From an uncultured Chloroflexia bacterium (GTDB lineage: Bacteria > Chloroflexota > Limnocylindria > Limnocylindrales > CSP1-4), in the NCBI GenBank assembly GCA_963712745.1, contig CAVQJC010000002.1, positions 64,001 to 128,000 on the forward strand: a DNA stretch of 64,000 nucleotides, in the 5' to 3' direction. The translations under genes were made by a program, and so were the position numbers. This document shows positions 49,678 through 60,113 of the stretch, piece after piece. Each line of letters starts with the position of its first letter. Within the stretch, counting starts at the first letter, position 1. Under the pieces are notes generated by a model. The model was not told the DNA's origin. It ran no database searches and worked only from the letters and a program-made list of their open reading frames with translations.

Positions 49678-50997
49678 TTACGTTGCGCTGATGCGCTCGC
49701 CCAGCCGGGGCTGCAGCACCTCCGGCACCACGACCGAGCCGTCGCTCTGCTGGTAGACCTCGAGGATGGCTGCGACGACGCGCGCCAGGGCCAGGCCGGA
49801 GCCGTTGAGCGTGTGCAGCACCTCAGGCCTGGCCCCGGGTTCCGGCCGCCAGCGGATGGACATGCGCCGAGCCTGGTAGTCGCGGAAGTTGGAGACCGAG
49901 CTGACCTCCAGCCAATCCTCCACGCCCGGAGCCCAGACCTCCAAGTCGTACTTCTTGGCCTGGGTGAAGCCCATGTCGCCGGTGGCCATGAGCTTGACCC
50001 GATACGGCAGCCCCAGCTTCTGCAGGCAGACCTCGGCGCGCTGGGTCATCCACTCGAGCGTGTCGTTGGAGTCCTCCGGCTTGACGAAGGCGACCATCTC
50101 GACCTTGTCGAATTGGTGCACACGCAGGATGCCCCGGGTCTTGGCCCCGGCCGCACCAGCTTCCCGCCGGAAACAGGGCGAATAGGCCACGTAGTGGATG
50201 GGCAGATCCACAGCCTCGACGATCTCGTCGCGGTGGATGTTCGTGACGGGCACCTCCGCGGTCGGCACCAGGTACAGGTCGTCGCGCGTGACCACGTACA
50301 TCTGATCTTCCTTGTCCGGGATCTGGCCGGTACCGCGGGCCGAGTCCTCGTTGACCACCACCGGCGGCCAGACCTCGGTCATGCCGTGCTCGTGGGTGTG
50401 CAGGTCAAGGAAGAAGTCGATGAGCGCGCGCTGCAGCGCCGCACCGGCGCCCTTGTACAGCGGCCAGCCGGAGCCCGTGATCTTGGCGCCGGCTGCGAGG
50501 TCGATCATGCCCAGGGACTCGGCCACCTCCCAGTGCGGCTTGCGGGCCCAGCCTTCTTCTGCCTCCCTGGCCGGCTCCTCGTGCGGCGTGACCGGTTCAC
50601 CCCAGGTGCGCACGATCCGGCTGGCCTCCTCGCCGCCCTCGGGGACATCAGGATCGGGTGGGTTGGGGATGCGCAGGAGCAGGTCGTCGAGGCGGCCACC
50701 GATCTCAGCCAGCTGGGCCTCCATGCCGCTGATCTCGGCACTGATCCAGTTGGACTGCTGCTTGAGCTGTGAGACGCGCGGGCCGTCGGGCTGCTCGCCG
50801 CTCTTGATGGCGACGCCGATCGACTCGGAGATCTGCTTCTTCTGGGCGCGCAGCGTATCGGTCCGGCCCAGCAGTTCACGTCGCTCAGCATCGATGACCA
50901 GCGCCTGGTCGACCAGCGTCGGATCCTCGCCCTTGGCCACGCAGCCCTTGCGGATGACGGCCGTGTCTTCGCGCAGTCGTGCCGGTCCGACGCTCAT
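49678..50997 (-). CDS. serS: Serine--tRNA ligase
   Basis: PTAEVP, CFRREAG, RVHQFDKVE, EVSSVSN and HTLNGSGLA motifs. Confidence 0.97.
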   Translation of the reverse strand: MSVGPARLREDTAVIRKGCVAKGEDPTLVDQALVIDAERRELLGRTDTLRAQKKQISESIGVAIKSGEQPDGPRVSQLKQQSNWISAEISGMEAQLAEIGGRLDDLLLRIPNPPDPDVPEGGEEASRIVRTWGEPVTPHEEPAREAEEGWARKPHWEVAESLGMIDLAAGAKITGSGWPLYKGAGAALQRALIDFFLDLHTHEHGMTEVWPPVVVNEDSARGTGQIPDKEDQMYVVTRDDLYLVPTAEVPVTNIHRDEIVEAVDLPIHYVAYSPCFRREAGAAGAKTRGILRVHQFDKVEMVAFVKPEDSNDTLEWMTQRAEVCLQKLGLPYRVKLMATGDMGFTQAKKYDLEVWAPGVEDWLEVSSVSNFRDYQARRMSIRWRPEPGARPEVLHTLNGSGLALARVVAAILEVYQQSDGSVVVPEVLQPRLGERISAT

Positions 50998-52613
50998 GCC
51001 TCTCCTTCACCTGCGCCAGCGGCCGCCGGAGCGGCGGCGGCGGCTTCACGCAGTCGCTCGACCACGAACGACTCATCGAGACTAGCCAGCAGCCAGCCGG
51101 CGCGTGGGCCGTTGCTGCGGCCCAGGAACCCCAGGTAGACCGCGGCGAAGGCATCTCGCGAAGAGACGCCGCGGGCCTGGCCGGCGCGGAAGATGAGGTC
51201 CTGCCAGGCGTCGCCGCCCGACGGGTGCTCGTCGCCGGCTCCGCGGGCCAGGTCTGCGAGGAAGAGCGCCTGCACTTCGGTCAGATCGGCGACTTCGGAG
51301 GGCAGGTCGTCGCGGACCGAGACCTGGTAGCGCTCAGGGGCCCAGCCGTCGAGCCAGGTCCTTGCGACTCCCGCGCGCTCGGCCAGGATGGCCGTCTCGA
51401 CCTCGTCGAGCGGCGCGCCCTTCTCGGCCGCCATGCGCGCGTCGAGGTCCACGCCCGGCACCTGCACCAACAGGGTCAGGTGGCGGAAGGGCGGGCGGAA
51501 CCGGGCCGCTTCCGCGTCCACGTCGGCATCGGGGTCGACCAGGCTGAGCCGGAAGATGCGATCGAAGTCGGCCGGCAGCTCACCGCGCACCGGGCGCCCA
51601 TCGACGGCGGCGGCCAGTCGGTCGAACTCGTCGAAGAGCCCCGGGATAGCGTCCCCGCCGGGATCGAAGTCGAGCGCCTTCTTGGGCTTGTGCCGCAGGA
51701 AGAGGAAGCGGATGAGTTCTGGCGGAAGGAGGTCGGCCATCTCGTGAGCCGCGGCCCCAGAGCCCTTCGAGGTCGACATCTTGCGTCCGCCGACGTTGAG
51801 GAACTCGTAGACCACGTTGAGCGGCGGTTCGCGGTCGAAGACCTCGCGGCTGATGGCATCGCTGCGGTCGCGGCTGCCGCCCTTGGTGCCTAGATCCTTG
51901 CCGCAGCCCTCGATGGTGATGCCGAAGTGGCTCCACTTGGCGGCCCAGTCGACGTTGAAGGGCAGCTTGGCTCGGCCGCCGGCGGGCACCAGTCGACCAC
52001 TGTGACCACACCCGGTGGCCCACTGCACGTAGTCGGGCTGGCACTGGTAGGCCACCGTCTCGCCGTCCCAGTCGGTGGCGAGGGTGGTGCCGATACGCCC
52101 ACAGTCCTCGCAGATGACCGAGACCGGCAGCCAGCCTGGTGGCCGCTCGACGTTGCTCACGCGCAGGTAGATGTCGCGCACCACCTCCGCCCGGTCCAGC
52201 GCCAGGCGGATGAAGCGGTCCATCGAGCCGTCGCCGTAGAGCTGGCTCATCCAGTAGATCTCGGGGTGGATGCCGAGGCCCTCGAAGGTGCCCATGAAGA
52301 GCTCACCTACGAAGTAACGGGCATAGCTCTCGGCTGTGCTGCCCTCAGGGGCGGGCACGTTGGCGAGCGGTACGCCCATGTAGCGCTCCACCGCGTCCGG
52401 CGTCAGCAGTGCCTGCGAGTCCATGGGGTCCAGGTCGTCGACGCCGTAGAGGTTGCGACTGGGCAGGCCGGCCTGCACGAGCGCGCGGTGGATGACGTCG
52501 TGCAGCACGACACCGCGCAGCGAGCCGATGTGGACTGTCCCCGAGGGCGTCTTCGAGTCGTTGACGATCTGCGGTCCGTCGAAGCGCGCGGCTAGCTCGT
52601 CAGCCCAGTACAT
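50994..52613 (-). CDS. lysK: Lysine--tRNA ligase, class I
   Basis: YWAD...TPSGTVHIGS, DWAAKW, GKD, KMSTSKG and GPRAG motifs. Confidence 0.93.
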   Translation of the reverse strand: MYWADELAARFDGPQIVNDSKTPSGTVHIGSLRGVVLHDVIHRALVQAGLPSRNLYGVDDLDPMDSQALLTPDAVERYMGVPLANVPAPEGSTAESYARYFVGELFMGTFEGLGIHPEIYWMSQLYGDGSMDRFIRLALDRAEVVRDIYLRVSNVERPPGWLPVSVICEDCGRIGTTLATDWDGETVAYQCQPDYVQWATGCGHSGRLVPAGGRAKLPFNVDWAAKWSHFGITIEGCGKDLGTKGGSRDRSDAISREVFDREPPLNVVYEFLNVGGRKMSTSKGSGAAAHEMADLLPPELIRFLFLRHKPKKALDFDPGGDAIPGLFDEFDRLAAAVDGRPVRGELPADFDRIFRLSLVDPDADVDAEAARFRPPFRHLTLLVQVPGVDLDARMAAEKGAPLDEVETAILAERAGVARTWLDGWAPERYQVSVRDDLPSEVADLTEVQALFLADLARGAGDEHPSGGDAWQDLIFRAGQARGVSSRDAFAAVYLGFLGRSNGPRAGWLLASLDESFVVERLREAAAAAPAAAGAGEGEA

Positions 52614-52652
52614 GCACGGTCCCCTCTCACGACCAGGCGGGCCCGGACGACG

Positions 52653-53123
52653 TCAGCGGATATTGACGATGGTGTAGGTCGAGTCCCCAGCGGGCACCGT
52701 GACGGTCACCGCCTCACCCTTCTTCTTGCCCAGGAGAGCGCGGCCGACCGGCGACTCGTTGGAGATGCGACCCTCGTCGGGCGCGGCTTCGGCAGCACCG
52801 ACGATGGTGTACTTCTCCTTGCCGTTGTCGCCCTGGATGGTGACTGTCGAGCCGATCTGGACATACGTGCGCGAATGCTTCTCATCGATGAGGACCGCGT
52901 TCTTGATGATGGCGGTCAGCGACTGGATGCGCCCCTCGACGAAGGCCTGCTCGTTCTTGGCATCCTCGTACTCGGCGTTCTCGGTCACGTCGCCGTATTC
53001 CTTGGCGTCGTGGATACGCTGAGCGACCTCTGGCCGCTTGACGTTCGTGAGCTCGGCGAGTTCGGCCTTGAGCTTTGCGAGTCCTTCGGCCGAGAGGTAT
53101 TCGGGCTTGTTCGCGTTCACCAT
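52653..53123 (-). CDS. greA: Transcription elongation factor GreA
   Basis: GDVTENAEY and ISNESPVGRALLG motifs. Confidence 0.95.
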   Translation of the reverse strand: MVNANKPEYLSAEGLAKLKAELAELTNVKRPEVAQRIHDAKEYGDVTENAEYEDAKNEQAFVEGRIQSLTAIIKNAVLIDEKHSRTYVQIGSTVTIQGDNGKEKYTIVGAAEAAPDEGRISNESPVGRALLGKKKGEAVTVTVPAGDSTYTIVNIR

Positions 53124-53325
53124 GGATCCTCGTGATGCGCCCGGCACCGGGACGCGTGGGGCACGGGTGGTAGCGGCTTGTCAGGGTAGGGTCCTGACGG
53201 ACGGCCACATCGCCCAGTGAGAACAGGCGGATCAGGCGCCGTTCAGAACCGAGATTGTACACCGTCGGGCCCCGAATCGACGCCTGCCGACCGGGCGTGC
53301 AGTGTGGTCGGGGTCGACTCGGCCA

Positions 53326-54582
53326 TCAGGCCAGGCGGCTCTGGCTGTCCTTGACCACGGCCCCGCCCTGTAGCACGGCCACCACGTTGTCAGGCTCGGC
53401 CAGCAGCGAGATGTCGTCGAGCGGCTGGCCCTGGACGAGCACGAGGTCCGCGCGCTTGCCGGTCTCAACGGTGCCGATCTCGTCTGCCAGCCCGAAGAGC
53501 TCGGCGTTGACCTGGGTGGCGCTGATGATGGCCTGGTGCGCTCCCAGGACGCGGGCCTTGTACATCAACTCCTCCCCACGACGACCCTGCCAGGGACCGA
53601 CCACGTCCGAGCCCGAGGCCAGCTTCACGCCGGCATCGCGGGCGACCTCGATCGACCGGTACGCGCGCTTCACGAATCCGTCGAGGAGAGCCAGCTTCTC
53701 GGGGGCCAGGCCCATGCGGTCGGGATGGGCTATGAACGACTCCATGGTCTGCAGCGTGGGCACGATGAAGGCACCCGCCGCCGCCACGCGCGCGGCGGTC
53801 TCCGGTTCCAGCATCGAGCCGTGCTCGATGGAGCGGACACCGGCCTCGAGCGCCATCTCCACGGAGGGCGAGGTGTGGCAGTGGGCCATGACGTAGGTGC
53901 CCCAGCTGGCAGCGACCTCGACCGCCACCGCGATCTCCGCCACCGAGAGCTGCAGCGACTCGAGTGGATCGGTCGGACTGATGAGACCGCCGCTGGCCAT
54001 GAGCTTGATCTGGGTGGCCCCTCGCCGGAGCTGTTCGCGGGCGGCACGGCGCACCTCGTCGATGCCGTCGACGACCTCGTGGCCGGCCACCAGCCCGGGG
54101 ATCGTGTGGCTCGCGTGCTGAGCCTCGTGCCGCTGACGGTCGTCGGCGTGGCCGCCGGTCTGAGAGATGGCCGAGCCGGCCGGCAGGATGCGCGGCCCCG
54201 GGAGCGCCCCGGACTCGACCGCCCGGGCCCAGGCCGGCTCCAGGCCCCCGGCGTCGCGAACGGTGGTGAAGCCTTCCTGCAGGGCGCCGCTGATGAAGTC
54301 GGCCACGGTCAGCACATGCATGATCCAGGTGTCGCTGCCGTGATCGCCCTTGCGGCCGATGAGCGCGAAGTGCACGTGGGCATCGGTGAGGCCGGGGAGC
54401 AAGGTGGTGCCGCTGCCGTCGAGGACCGGCACCCCGGCGGCCACTTCGGCCACGGCTCCCAGGCGAGCGATGCGGCCATCCTCCACGAGGACATCGCCGC
54501 GGCCATCGGGCTCGGCGCCCGTGGCGTCGATGACCGCGACGTCGCGGATGACCAGGCGGTCCGGCTGCTCGGTCTTGGCCAT
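53326..54582 (-). CDS. Metal-dependent amidohydrolase (prolidase-like)
   Basis: PGLTDAHVH, GFTTVRDAG, TGGH, SIEHG and GSD motifs. Confidence 0.88.
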   Translation of the reverse strand: MAKTEQPDRLVIRDVAVIDATGAEPDGRGDVLVEDGRIARLGAVAEVAAGVPVLDGSGTTLLPGLTDAHVHFALIGRKGDHGSDTWIMHVLTVADFISGALQEGFTTVRDAGGLEPAWARAVESGALPGPRILPAGSAISQTGGHADDRQRHEAQHASHTIPGLVAGHEVVDGIDEVRRAAREQLRRGATQIKLMASGGLISPTDPLESLQLSVAEIAVAVEVAASWGTYVMAHCHTSPSVEMALEAGVRSIEHGSMLEPETAARVAAAGAFIVPTLQTMESFIAHPDRMGLAPEKLALLDGFVKRAYRSIEVARDAGVKLASGSDVVGPWQGRRGEELMYKARVLGAHQAIISATQVNAELFGLADEIGTVETGKRADLVLVQGQPLDDISLLAEPDNVVAVLQGGAVVKDSQSRLA

Positions 54583-54639
54583 GGGTACCCTCCCCTGCGA
54601 TCGTTCGGTGGTGTTGGTCGGTCGACGGTCCCGGGCCGG

Positions 54640-55122
54640 CTACCGGCCCAGGTGGAGCAGGCGCTTGCGCACACGGAACAGCGCGCGCTCGTCGGCACAG
54701 GCGACGAAGAGCGTGTCGTCGCCGGCGATGGTGCCGAGCACGTCGGGCCAGCGAGCGCGGTCGAGTGCGGCAGCGATGGCGTGGGCCGCACCCGGCACCG
54801 CGCGGATGACCAGCATGGAACCCGAGTGGCGGACGTCGACGGGCAGGTCGCTGAGCAGCTGGCGCAGGCGCTGCTCGCCCTCCAGCTCGACCGCGGCCTC
54901 AGCCGACGGCAGGGCGTACACCTGGGCCCCGGCCACGCGCACCTTGACCAGGCCCATCTCCGTGATGTCGCGACTGACGGTGGCCTGGGTCACACGGAAA
55001 CCCTTGTCCTGCAGAGCCGCCACCAGCTCGCGCTGGGTCCGCGGCCGCCGGTCGCGGACGACATCGGCGATGGCCTGCTGGCGGGCGCGCTTGAGGATCT
55101 CGCTCGTACCGCTGCGTGCCAT
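54640..55122 (-). CDS. argR: Arginine repressor
   Basis: TQATVSRD and GTIAGDDT motifs. Confidence 0.95.
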   Translation of the reverse strand: MARSGTSEILKRARQQAIADVVRDRRPRTQRELVAALQDKGFRVTQATVSRDITEMGLVKVRVAGAQVYALPSAEAAVELEGEQRLRQLLSDLPVDVRHSGSMLVIRAVPGAAHAIAAALDRARWPDVLGTIAGDDTLFVACADERALFRVRKRLLHLGR

Positions 55123-55124
55123 GG

Positions 55125-55955
55125 TCAGCCGTTCAGCAGGAGGAGCACGAGGAAGACGACGGCGGCGATGAGCCGGTAGACGATGAAGATGTAGGTGCTG
55201 TGATCGCGCAGGTAGCGCAGGAGCAGGCCGATGGCCAGCCAGCCGGAGACGGCCGCGGCGATGACCCCGGCCGCGAGCACGGCGATGTCGATGTCGCCCG
55301 CCCCACCACTGACGATGGTGCGTGTCTTCCACAGTCCGGCTCCAGCGATGATGGGGATGCCCATCAGGAAGGCGAAGCGCGCGGCAGCGTCGCGCTTGAG
55401 TCCGCGCGCGAGCCCGGCCGCGATGGTCACACCCGAGCGACTGATGCCGGGGAAGAGCGCGAAGGCCTGAGCCACGCCGATGACGGCAGCATCCGCGTAC
55501 TCGGTCTGCTCGAGGTCGCGCTCGCGGGTGCCGATGATCTCGCCCAGCCACAGGAGCCCTGCGCCGCCGACCAGGATGAACGGGATGACGATGACCGCGT
55601 CGTAGAAGAACTCGTCGATCCATTCCTCGAAGAGGAGGCCGAAGAGCGCAGCCGGGATGATCGTCAGCAGCAACACCAGCGAGAGCTTGCGATCGGGGTC
55701 GCCGCCGAAGGAACGCTCGCGCAGCAAGGCCACGAACGCCTTGACGAGCACGAGGACGTCGCGCCAGAAGTAGAGCAGCAGCGCCGCCAGCGTGCCCATG
55801 TGCAGCATGACCACGAACTCTGAGCTGTTGATGAGCGCGTCATCCCAGCCCAGGATCCGCGGCAGCACGATGAGGTGGGCAGAAGATGAGACCGGCAGGA
55901 ACTCGGTCAGCCCCTGCACGATACCGATGATGATGGCCTGGACGATCTCTTCCAA
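55125..55955 (-). CDS. uppP: Undecaprenyl-diphosphatase
   Basis: QGLTEFLPVSSSAH and PGISRSG motifs. Confidence 0.95.
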   Translation of the reverse strand: MEEIVQAIIIGIVQGLTEFLPVSSSAHLIVLPRILGWDDALINSSEFVVMLHMGTLAALLLYFWRDVLVLVKAFVALLRERSFGGDPDRKLSLVLLLTIIPAALFGLLFEEWIDEFFYDAVIVIPFILVGGAGLLWLGEIIGTRERDLEQTEYADAAVIGVAQAFALFPGISRSGVTIAAGLARGLKRDAAARFAFLMGIPIIAGAGLWKTRTIVSGGAGDIDIAVLAAGVIAAAVSGWLAIGLLLRYLRDHSTYIFIVYRLIAAVVFLVLLLLNG

Positions 55956-56060
55956 CCGCTCCTCCGATGGGCGACGGCGTCAGCCGGCGCTTTCTGAGGG
56001 TACCCGGGAATCGCACGAGCGCCGGTGAAGGCACCGGCGGTCGGTTCGGGCGAATCGCCC

Positions 56061-56145
56061 GGGTGGGTCGACAGGGCAGCTCGGTCGGGCGGGTCGACAG
56101 GGCAGCTCGGTCGGGCGGGTCGACTGGGCAGCTCGCTCGGGCGGG
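56061..56145. repeat. 26-bp tandem repeat (about 3.3 copies) between ndk and uppP
   Basis: GGGCGGGTCGACAGGGCAGCTCGGTC repeated. Confidence 0.9.
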
Positions 56146-56162
56146 GCCCGGGCAGCGCCTGC

Positions 56163-56615
56163 CTACTCCACGATCCAGGCGTCGATGGCACGCTCGTAGT
56201 CGAGCAACTCGGCGTCGTCGAACCAGAGGGCCAGTTCGGCGGCGGCGTTCTCGGAGCTGTCCGAAGCGTGGACGATGTTCATGCCGGTCTCGAGCGCGAA
56301 GTCACCGCGAATCGACCCGGGCGCGGCCTCGTTGGGGCGGGTGGCGCCGTTGATGGCGCGGCAGACCTCGATGGCCTTGGGACCTTCGACCGCCATGGCC
56401 ACGAGCGGGCCGGAGGTGATGAACTCGATGAGGCCGGCGAAGAACGGCTTGTCCGAGTGCACCGCGTAGTGGCGCTCGGCGAGCGAGCGCTCGGCCTGCA
56501 TGAGCTTGAGGCCGGCGACACGCAGGCCGCGCGCCTCGTAGCGATCGATGACGCGGCCGATGAGGGCGCGCTGAACGCCGTCGGGCTTGATCAGGATGAG
56601 GGTTCGCTCGCTCAC
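56163..56615 (-). CDS. ndk: Nucleoside diphosphate kinase
   Basis: IKPDGV, GSIRGDF and NIVHASDS motifs. Confidence 0.96.
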   Translation of the reverse strand: MSERTLILIKPDGVQRALIGRVIDRYEARGLRVAGLKLMQAERSLAERHYAVHSDKPFFAGLIEFITSGPLVAMAVEGPKAIEVCRAINGATRPNEAAPGSIRGDFALETGMNIVHASDSSENAAAELALWFDDAELLDYERAIDAWIVE

Positions 56616-58309
56616 ATGGGCTCCTTCGATGACGGCCCTTGACCCAGGGCCTGGTGCGCTGTTTGGTAGGCCGCGGCCGCCTCGGTGTCGCGTCCGAGGA
56701 AGCGGTAGGCATCACCTCTGACGAGATGGATGGCCGCCAGGTCGGCGCTGCCGGGAGGGGCGGCGGAAGCGGCTCGGTCGGCTGCCGACAGGATGATAGG
56801 GGCCAGCGCCGGGTCCAGCCGCAGGAGCACGGCCAGTCGCTGGACGGCCGCGCGGATGTCGCCGGCATCGAGGGCACGGTCGACAGTCTCGAGTTCCGCA
56901 CCGGCGAGGCGTCCGCTAATGACCACCGCGCCGGTACTGCTGGCACCGCCCGGCAGCATCGGTCCGCCACGGCCAACGGGCACGGGGAGCGGGGCCGTGA
57001 GCGGAGCCGGGATCGGCTGGACGATGGGCTCGAGTCGCCAGGTCTCGGGGGTAGGCGCCGTGACCTCGCTGCCGCCGGCCAACAGGCCCCAGTGGCCGGG
57101 CTCTGCCGCCCCGGTCATCATCCAGCCCTCGTCGGCCGGGGGCCAGGCCTGGCTGCGCGGCTCCAGTGCGAAGAGGACGTCGATGGCGCCGCCGACTCGC
57201 TCCTGTACCGACACTGCGGTGGTTCGAGCGTCGGCGTCCTGTTCGCTGCCGGCCAGTTCCTCGGCCAGGATCAGGGCAGCCAGGGGCTCGTCGCCGCCCG
57301 ACGCCTGGTGAGCGCGCGCGGCCTCGGCCGCACCCAGGAGGTCCCCGCTGCGCCAGCGCACCTCGGCGAGGTCGGCCATGGCTTCGCGGTCCAGGGTCCC
57401 ATCACCAGCCATGCCCTCGAGCCGGGCCCGCGACAGCGTGAGCAGGCCTCCACGAAGGTGTACGCGCGCGAGGCGTGCGTCCGCGGAGCGGCTCGCGACC
57501 GCGGCCTGGTCGTCCGTGGGGCCGGGGAGCGGCGCATCGGACGTCGCCGCCGGCATCGTCAGCGGCACCGAGCCTCCGGGGCGTGGACGCGATGGAGCCG
57601 GTCGAGGTCCCGACGGCTCGGGCGCAGCAGGTGGCGCAGGCCGCGCAGGCGGAGACGGACGCGCCGTCCCAGGAGCCGGCGGCATCGGAGCGGAGCGGGT
57701 CATGCCCGGTGGCGGTGGCGGCCCGGCGTACCGCGGGGGCGGCGGGCCTGGATATGCACCCGGCGCCGGGCCGGGGTACGGGCCGGGCGGCGGCATGGCA
57801 CCCGACGGTGTCATGGCACCCCGCGGTGGCATGCCGGGGCCACGTGCGACGTTGGGTGGCGGCGGCATGCCGGGGCCCATGGGCATGCCTGGACGCGGCG
57901 GCATCGGACGGCCCGCCGGTGGCGGACCCGGCGGCATGGGACCCGGTAGCCCCGCGGCGGGTGGCATGGGACCGGGTGGCATGGGACCGGGTGGCATGCG
58001 CGCGGGTGGCATGCGCGCGGGCGACACGGGCGTGGGGCCGCCCGGCTGCCCAGGCGGGGCCGGCGTGCCGGGCTGGGTCGTGGCGTCCGGCTCAGGCGGG
58101 AACCCTGATGGCGTCGCGTCGTCCGACTCGGCGATCGGGCCAGGCTCGGCCGCGCTGCCTGATTCATTCGAGACGCCCGGATCAGGCCCCTCGGCCGGGC
58201 TGCTCGGCTCGTTTCGGACAACCGGATCAGGCCCCTCGGCCGCAAGATCCCCCTTGGGCCAGTCGGCCGGCTGCTTCGGCCCTTCCCGCTTGGGCTGTTC
58301 CTCACTCAT
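56612..58309 (-). CDS. Hypothetical protein: Pro/Gly/Met-rich disordered N-half plus TPR-like helical C-half
   Basis: PPGPM repeats; C-terminal HLVRGDAYRFLGRDTEAAAAY. Translationally coupled between the peptidase and ndk. Confidence 0.7.
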   Translation of the reverse strand: MSEEQPKREGPKQPADWPKGDLAAEGPDPVVRNEPSSPAEGPDPGVSNESGSAAEPGPIAESDDATPSGFPPEPDATTQPGTPAPPGQPGGPTPVSPARMPPARMPPGPMPPGPMPPAAGLPGPMPPGPPPAGRPMPPRPGMPMGPGMPPPPNVARGPGMPPRGAMTPSGAMPPPGPYPGPAPGAYPGPPPPRYAGPPPPPGMTRSAPMPPAPGTARPSPPARPAPPAAPEPSGPRPAPSRPRPGGSVPLTMPAATSDAPLPGPTDDQAAVASRSADARLARVHLRGGLLTLSRARLEGMAGDGTLDREAMADLAEVRWRSGDLLGAAEAARAHQASGGDEPLAALILAEELAGSEQDADARTTAVSVQERVGGAIDVLFALEPRSQAWPPADEGWMMTGAAEPGHWGLLAGGSEVTAPTPETWRLEPIVQPIPAPLTAPLPVPVGRGGPMLPGGASSTGAVVISGRLAGAELETVDRALDAGDIRAAVQRLAVLLRLDPALAPIILSAADRAASAAPPGSADLAAIHLVRGDAYRFLGRDTEAAAAYQTAHQALGQGPSSKEPM

Positions 58310-59568
58310 GGCAGTCGCAAGGCCCCCTCAAGGCTGCCGGCTTCGAGGTTCGGACCGATGACCGCAGCGCACAGGGCTTCGTCGCGGAATAGCCGGCCGG
58401 CCAGTGCCCGGATGTCGTCTGCAGTCACCCCTCGCAACGCCTCGATCACCTCTTCCATCGTCATCACGCGCTCGTGCAGAGCCTCCTGGCTGCCCAGGAA
58501 CGACGACACGGCGCGTGACTCCTCCAGCCTTAGCTCCAGCCGGCCGATCGTGTAGTTGCGAGCTCGTTCGAGCTCTGCGGCCGGAACCGCCTCGTCACGC
58601 AATCGTGCCAGCTCCGAGAGCACGCCCCGGGTCGCCGGTACGACGTCATCGGCATCGACGCCCATGTATACCTGAAGCAGGCCCGTATCAGCGTAGTCCG
58701 TCTGGAATGAGTGCACGTCGTAGGACAGCCCGTCCTCCTCGCGGATCTTCATGAACAGCCGCGAGGACGTGCCGTCTCCGAGGATGGTGTTGAGCAGGTC
58801 CAGCGTCCACTGGTCAGCGTGATCGCGAGGCAGGGCGGGGACACCGATGCACACGTGCGCCTGGGCAGTGTGCCGATGATCGAGTCGCATGCGCTCGAGC
58901 GGGCCTGCCGGTGCCGGCTCGTATGCCTGGGCCACACCGTTCCCACGGCCGAAGTGCCGCTGGACCAAGTCCACGGCTTCGTCGTGGCCGATGTCGCCCG
59001 CCAGCGAAACGACCATGTTGGAGGGCTGGTAGGCGGCAGCCCAGAAGTCGCGGATGTCCACGTCGGTCAGCGAGCGCACCGACTCCTCGTCGCCGGCGAT
59101 CTCCCAGCCCAACGGCGTGTCGCCGAAGAAGGCCTCGTCCCAGATGTTGTAGATGAACTGGGCCGGATCGTCGCGATAGGAGCGGATCTCGTCGACGATG
59201 ATCTCGCGCTCGTGGGCGATGTCCGCGCTGCGGAGTCGCGGGTGCAGTGTCAGCTCCGAGAGGACGTGGACGGCACGATCGGCCTCGCGGATCGGCAGCC
59301 GTGCCCAGTAGACGGTGACTTCGCGATCGGTGGCCGCGTTCGAGCTGCCGCCGACCCCTTCGATGGCGTCCGAGACCTCCCGGGTCGTCACGAGGTCGCG
59401 CGTGCCCTTGAACGTGATGTGCTCCATGAAGTGCGCGAGGCCCGACTTCGCGCGCGTCTCGCCGCGTGAGCCGACCATGACGTACACGGCCACCGACAGC
59501 GAGCGCATGCCGGGCAGACGGGCGGTGATGACGCGCGGCCCATCGGGCAGCTCGGTACGTTCGAACAT
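58306..59568 (-). CDS. M16 family (pitrilysin-like) zinc peptidase
   Basis: GLAHFMEH, NAAT and SSRLFMKIRE motifs. Confidence 0.92.
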   Translation of the reverse strand: MFERTELPDGPRVITARLPGMRSLSVAVYVMVGSRGETRAKSGLAHFMEHITFKGTRDLVTTREVSDAIEGVGGSSNAATDREVTVYWARLPIREADRAVHVLSELTLHPRLRSADIAHEREIIVDEIRSYRDDPAQFIYNIWDEAFFGDTPLGWEIAGDEESVRSLTDVDIRDFWAAAYQPSNMVVSLAGDIGHDEAVDLVQRHFGRGNGVAQAYEPAPAGPLERMRLDHRHTAQAHVCIGVPALPRDHADQWTLDLLNTILGDGTSSRLFMKIREEDGLSYDVHSFQTDYADTGLLQVYMGVDADDVVPATRGVLSELARLRDEAVPAAELERARNYTIGRLELRLEESRAVSSFLGSQEALHERVMTMEEVIEALRGVTADDIRALAGRLFRDEALCAAVIGPNLEAGSLEGALRLP

Positions 59569-59667
59569 CGGGGCGCCATCGTACACGGGCTTGCCCTGTC
59601 GACCCTGCGGCACCCAGTCGCAACGTGCCGGCGCGCGTGTGGGGTGGGCTGCACATCGCGCGGCTGA

Positions 59668-59741
59668 GCCGCGGCGTGGTCGTGTGGTCGCTGAGTTGCG
59701 GGGCTAGGCCGCGGCGTGGTCGTGTGGTCGCTGAGTTGCGG
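59668..59741. repeat. 40-bp tandem duplication
   Basis: GCCGCGGCGTGGTCGTGTGGTCGCTGAGTTGCGG occurs twice. Confidence 0.9.
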
Positions 59742-59768
59742 CGCGGTCGCGGGCTCGCTGGGTCTCCA

Positions 59769-60020
59769 TTCCCGTTCAACGGGACAACGCAACCCGTTCG
59801 CGACCCGGACTGATCGGCTCGTTGCGTCAGACGGGAAGAAGGGACCTGATGTCCCGCTCAACGGGACGTCCGCGCGAATCCCACGTCCGGCATGTCCAGA
59901 TGTCCCGCTCAACGGGACGTCCGCGCGAATCCCACGTCCGGCATGTCCAGATGTCCCGCTCAACGGGACGTCCGCGCGAATCCCACGTCCGGCATGTCCA
60001 GATGTCCCGCTCAACGGGAC
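59769..60020. repeat. Palindrome copy (59769) plus 51-bp tandem array (3.4 copies from 59848) with GTCCCGCTCAACGGGAC
   Basis: GATGTCCCGCTCAACGGGACGTCCGCGCGAATCCCACGTCCGGCATGTCCA at 59848, 59899 and 59950, with a partial copy at 60001. Confidence 0.95.
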
Positions 60021-60113
60021 AACGGCTCTGCCGAATGGTCGGCCCAGCCAGGACCGGTTCGCCGATCGCCCTGAACGACGACCTTGGGTGACGGCCGGGG
60101 GGAGGGCGAGACC

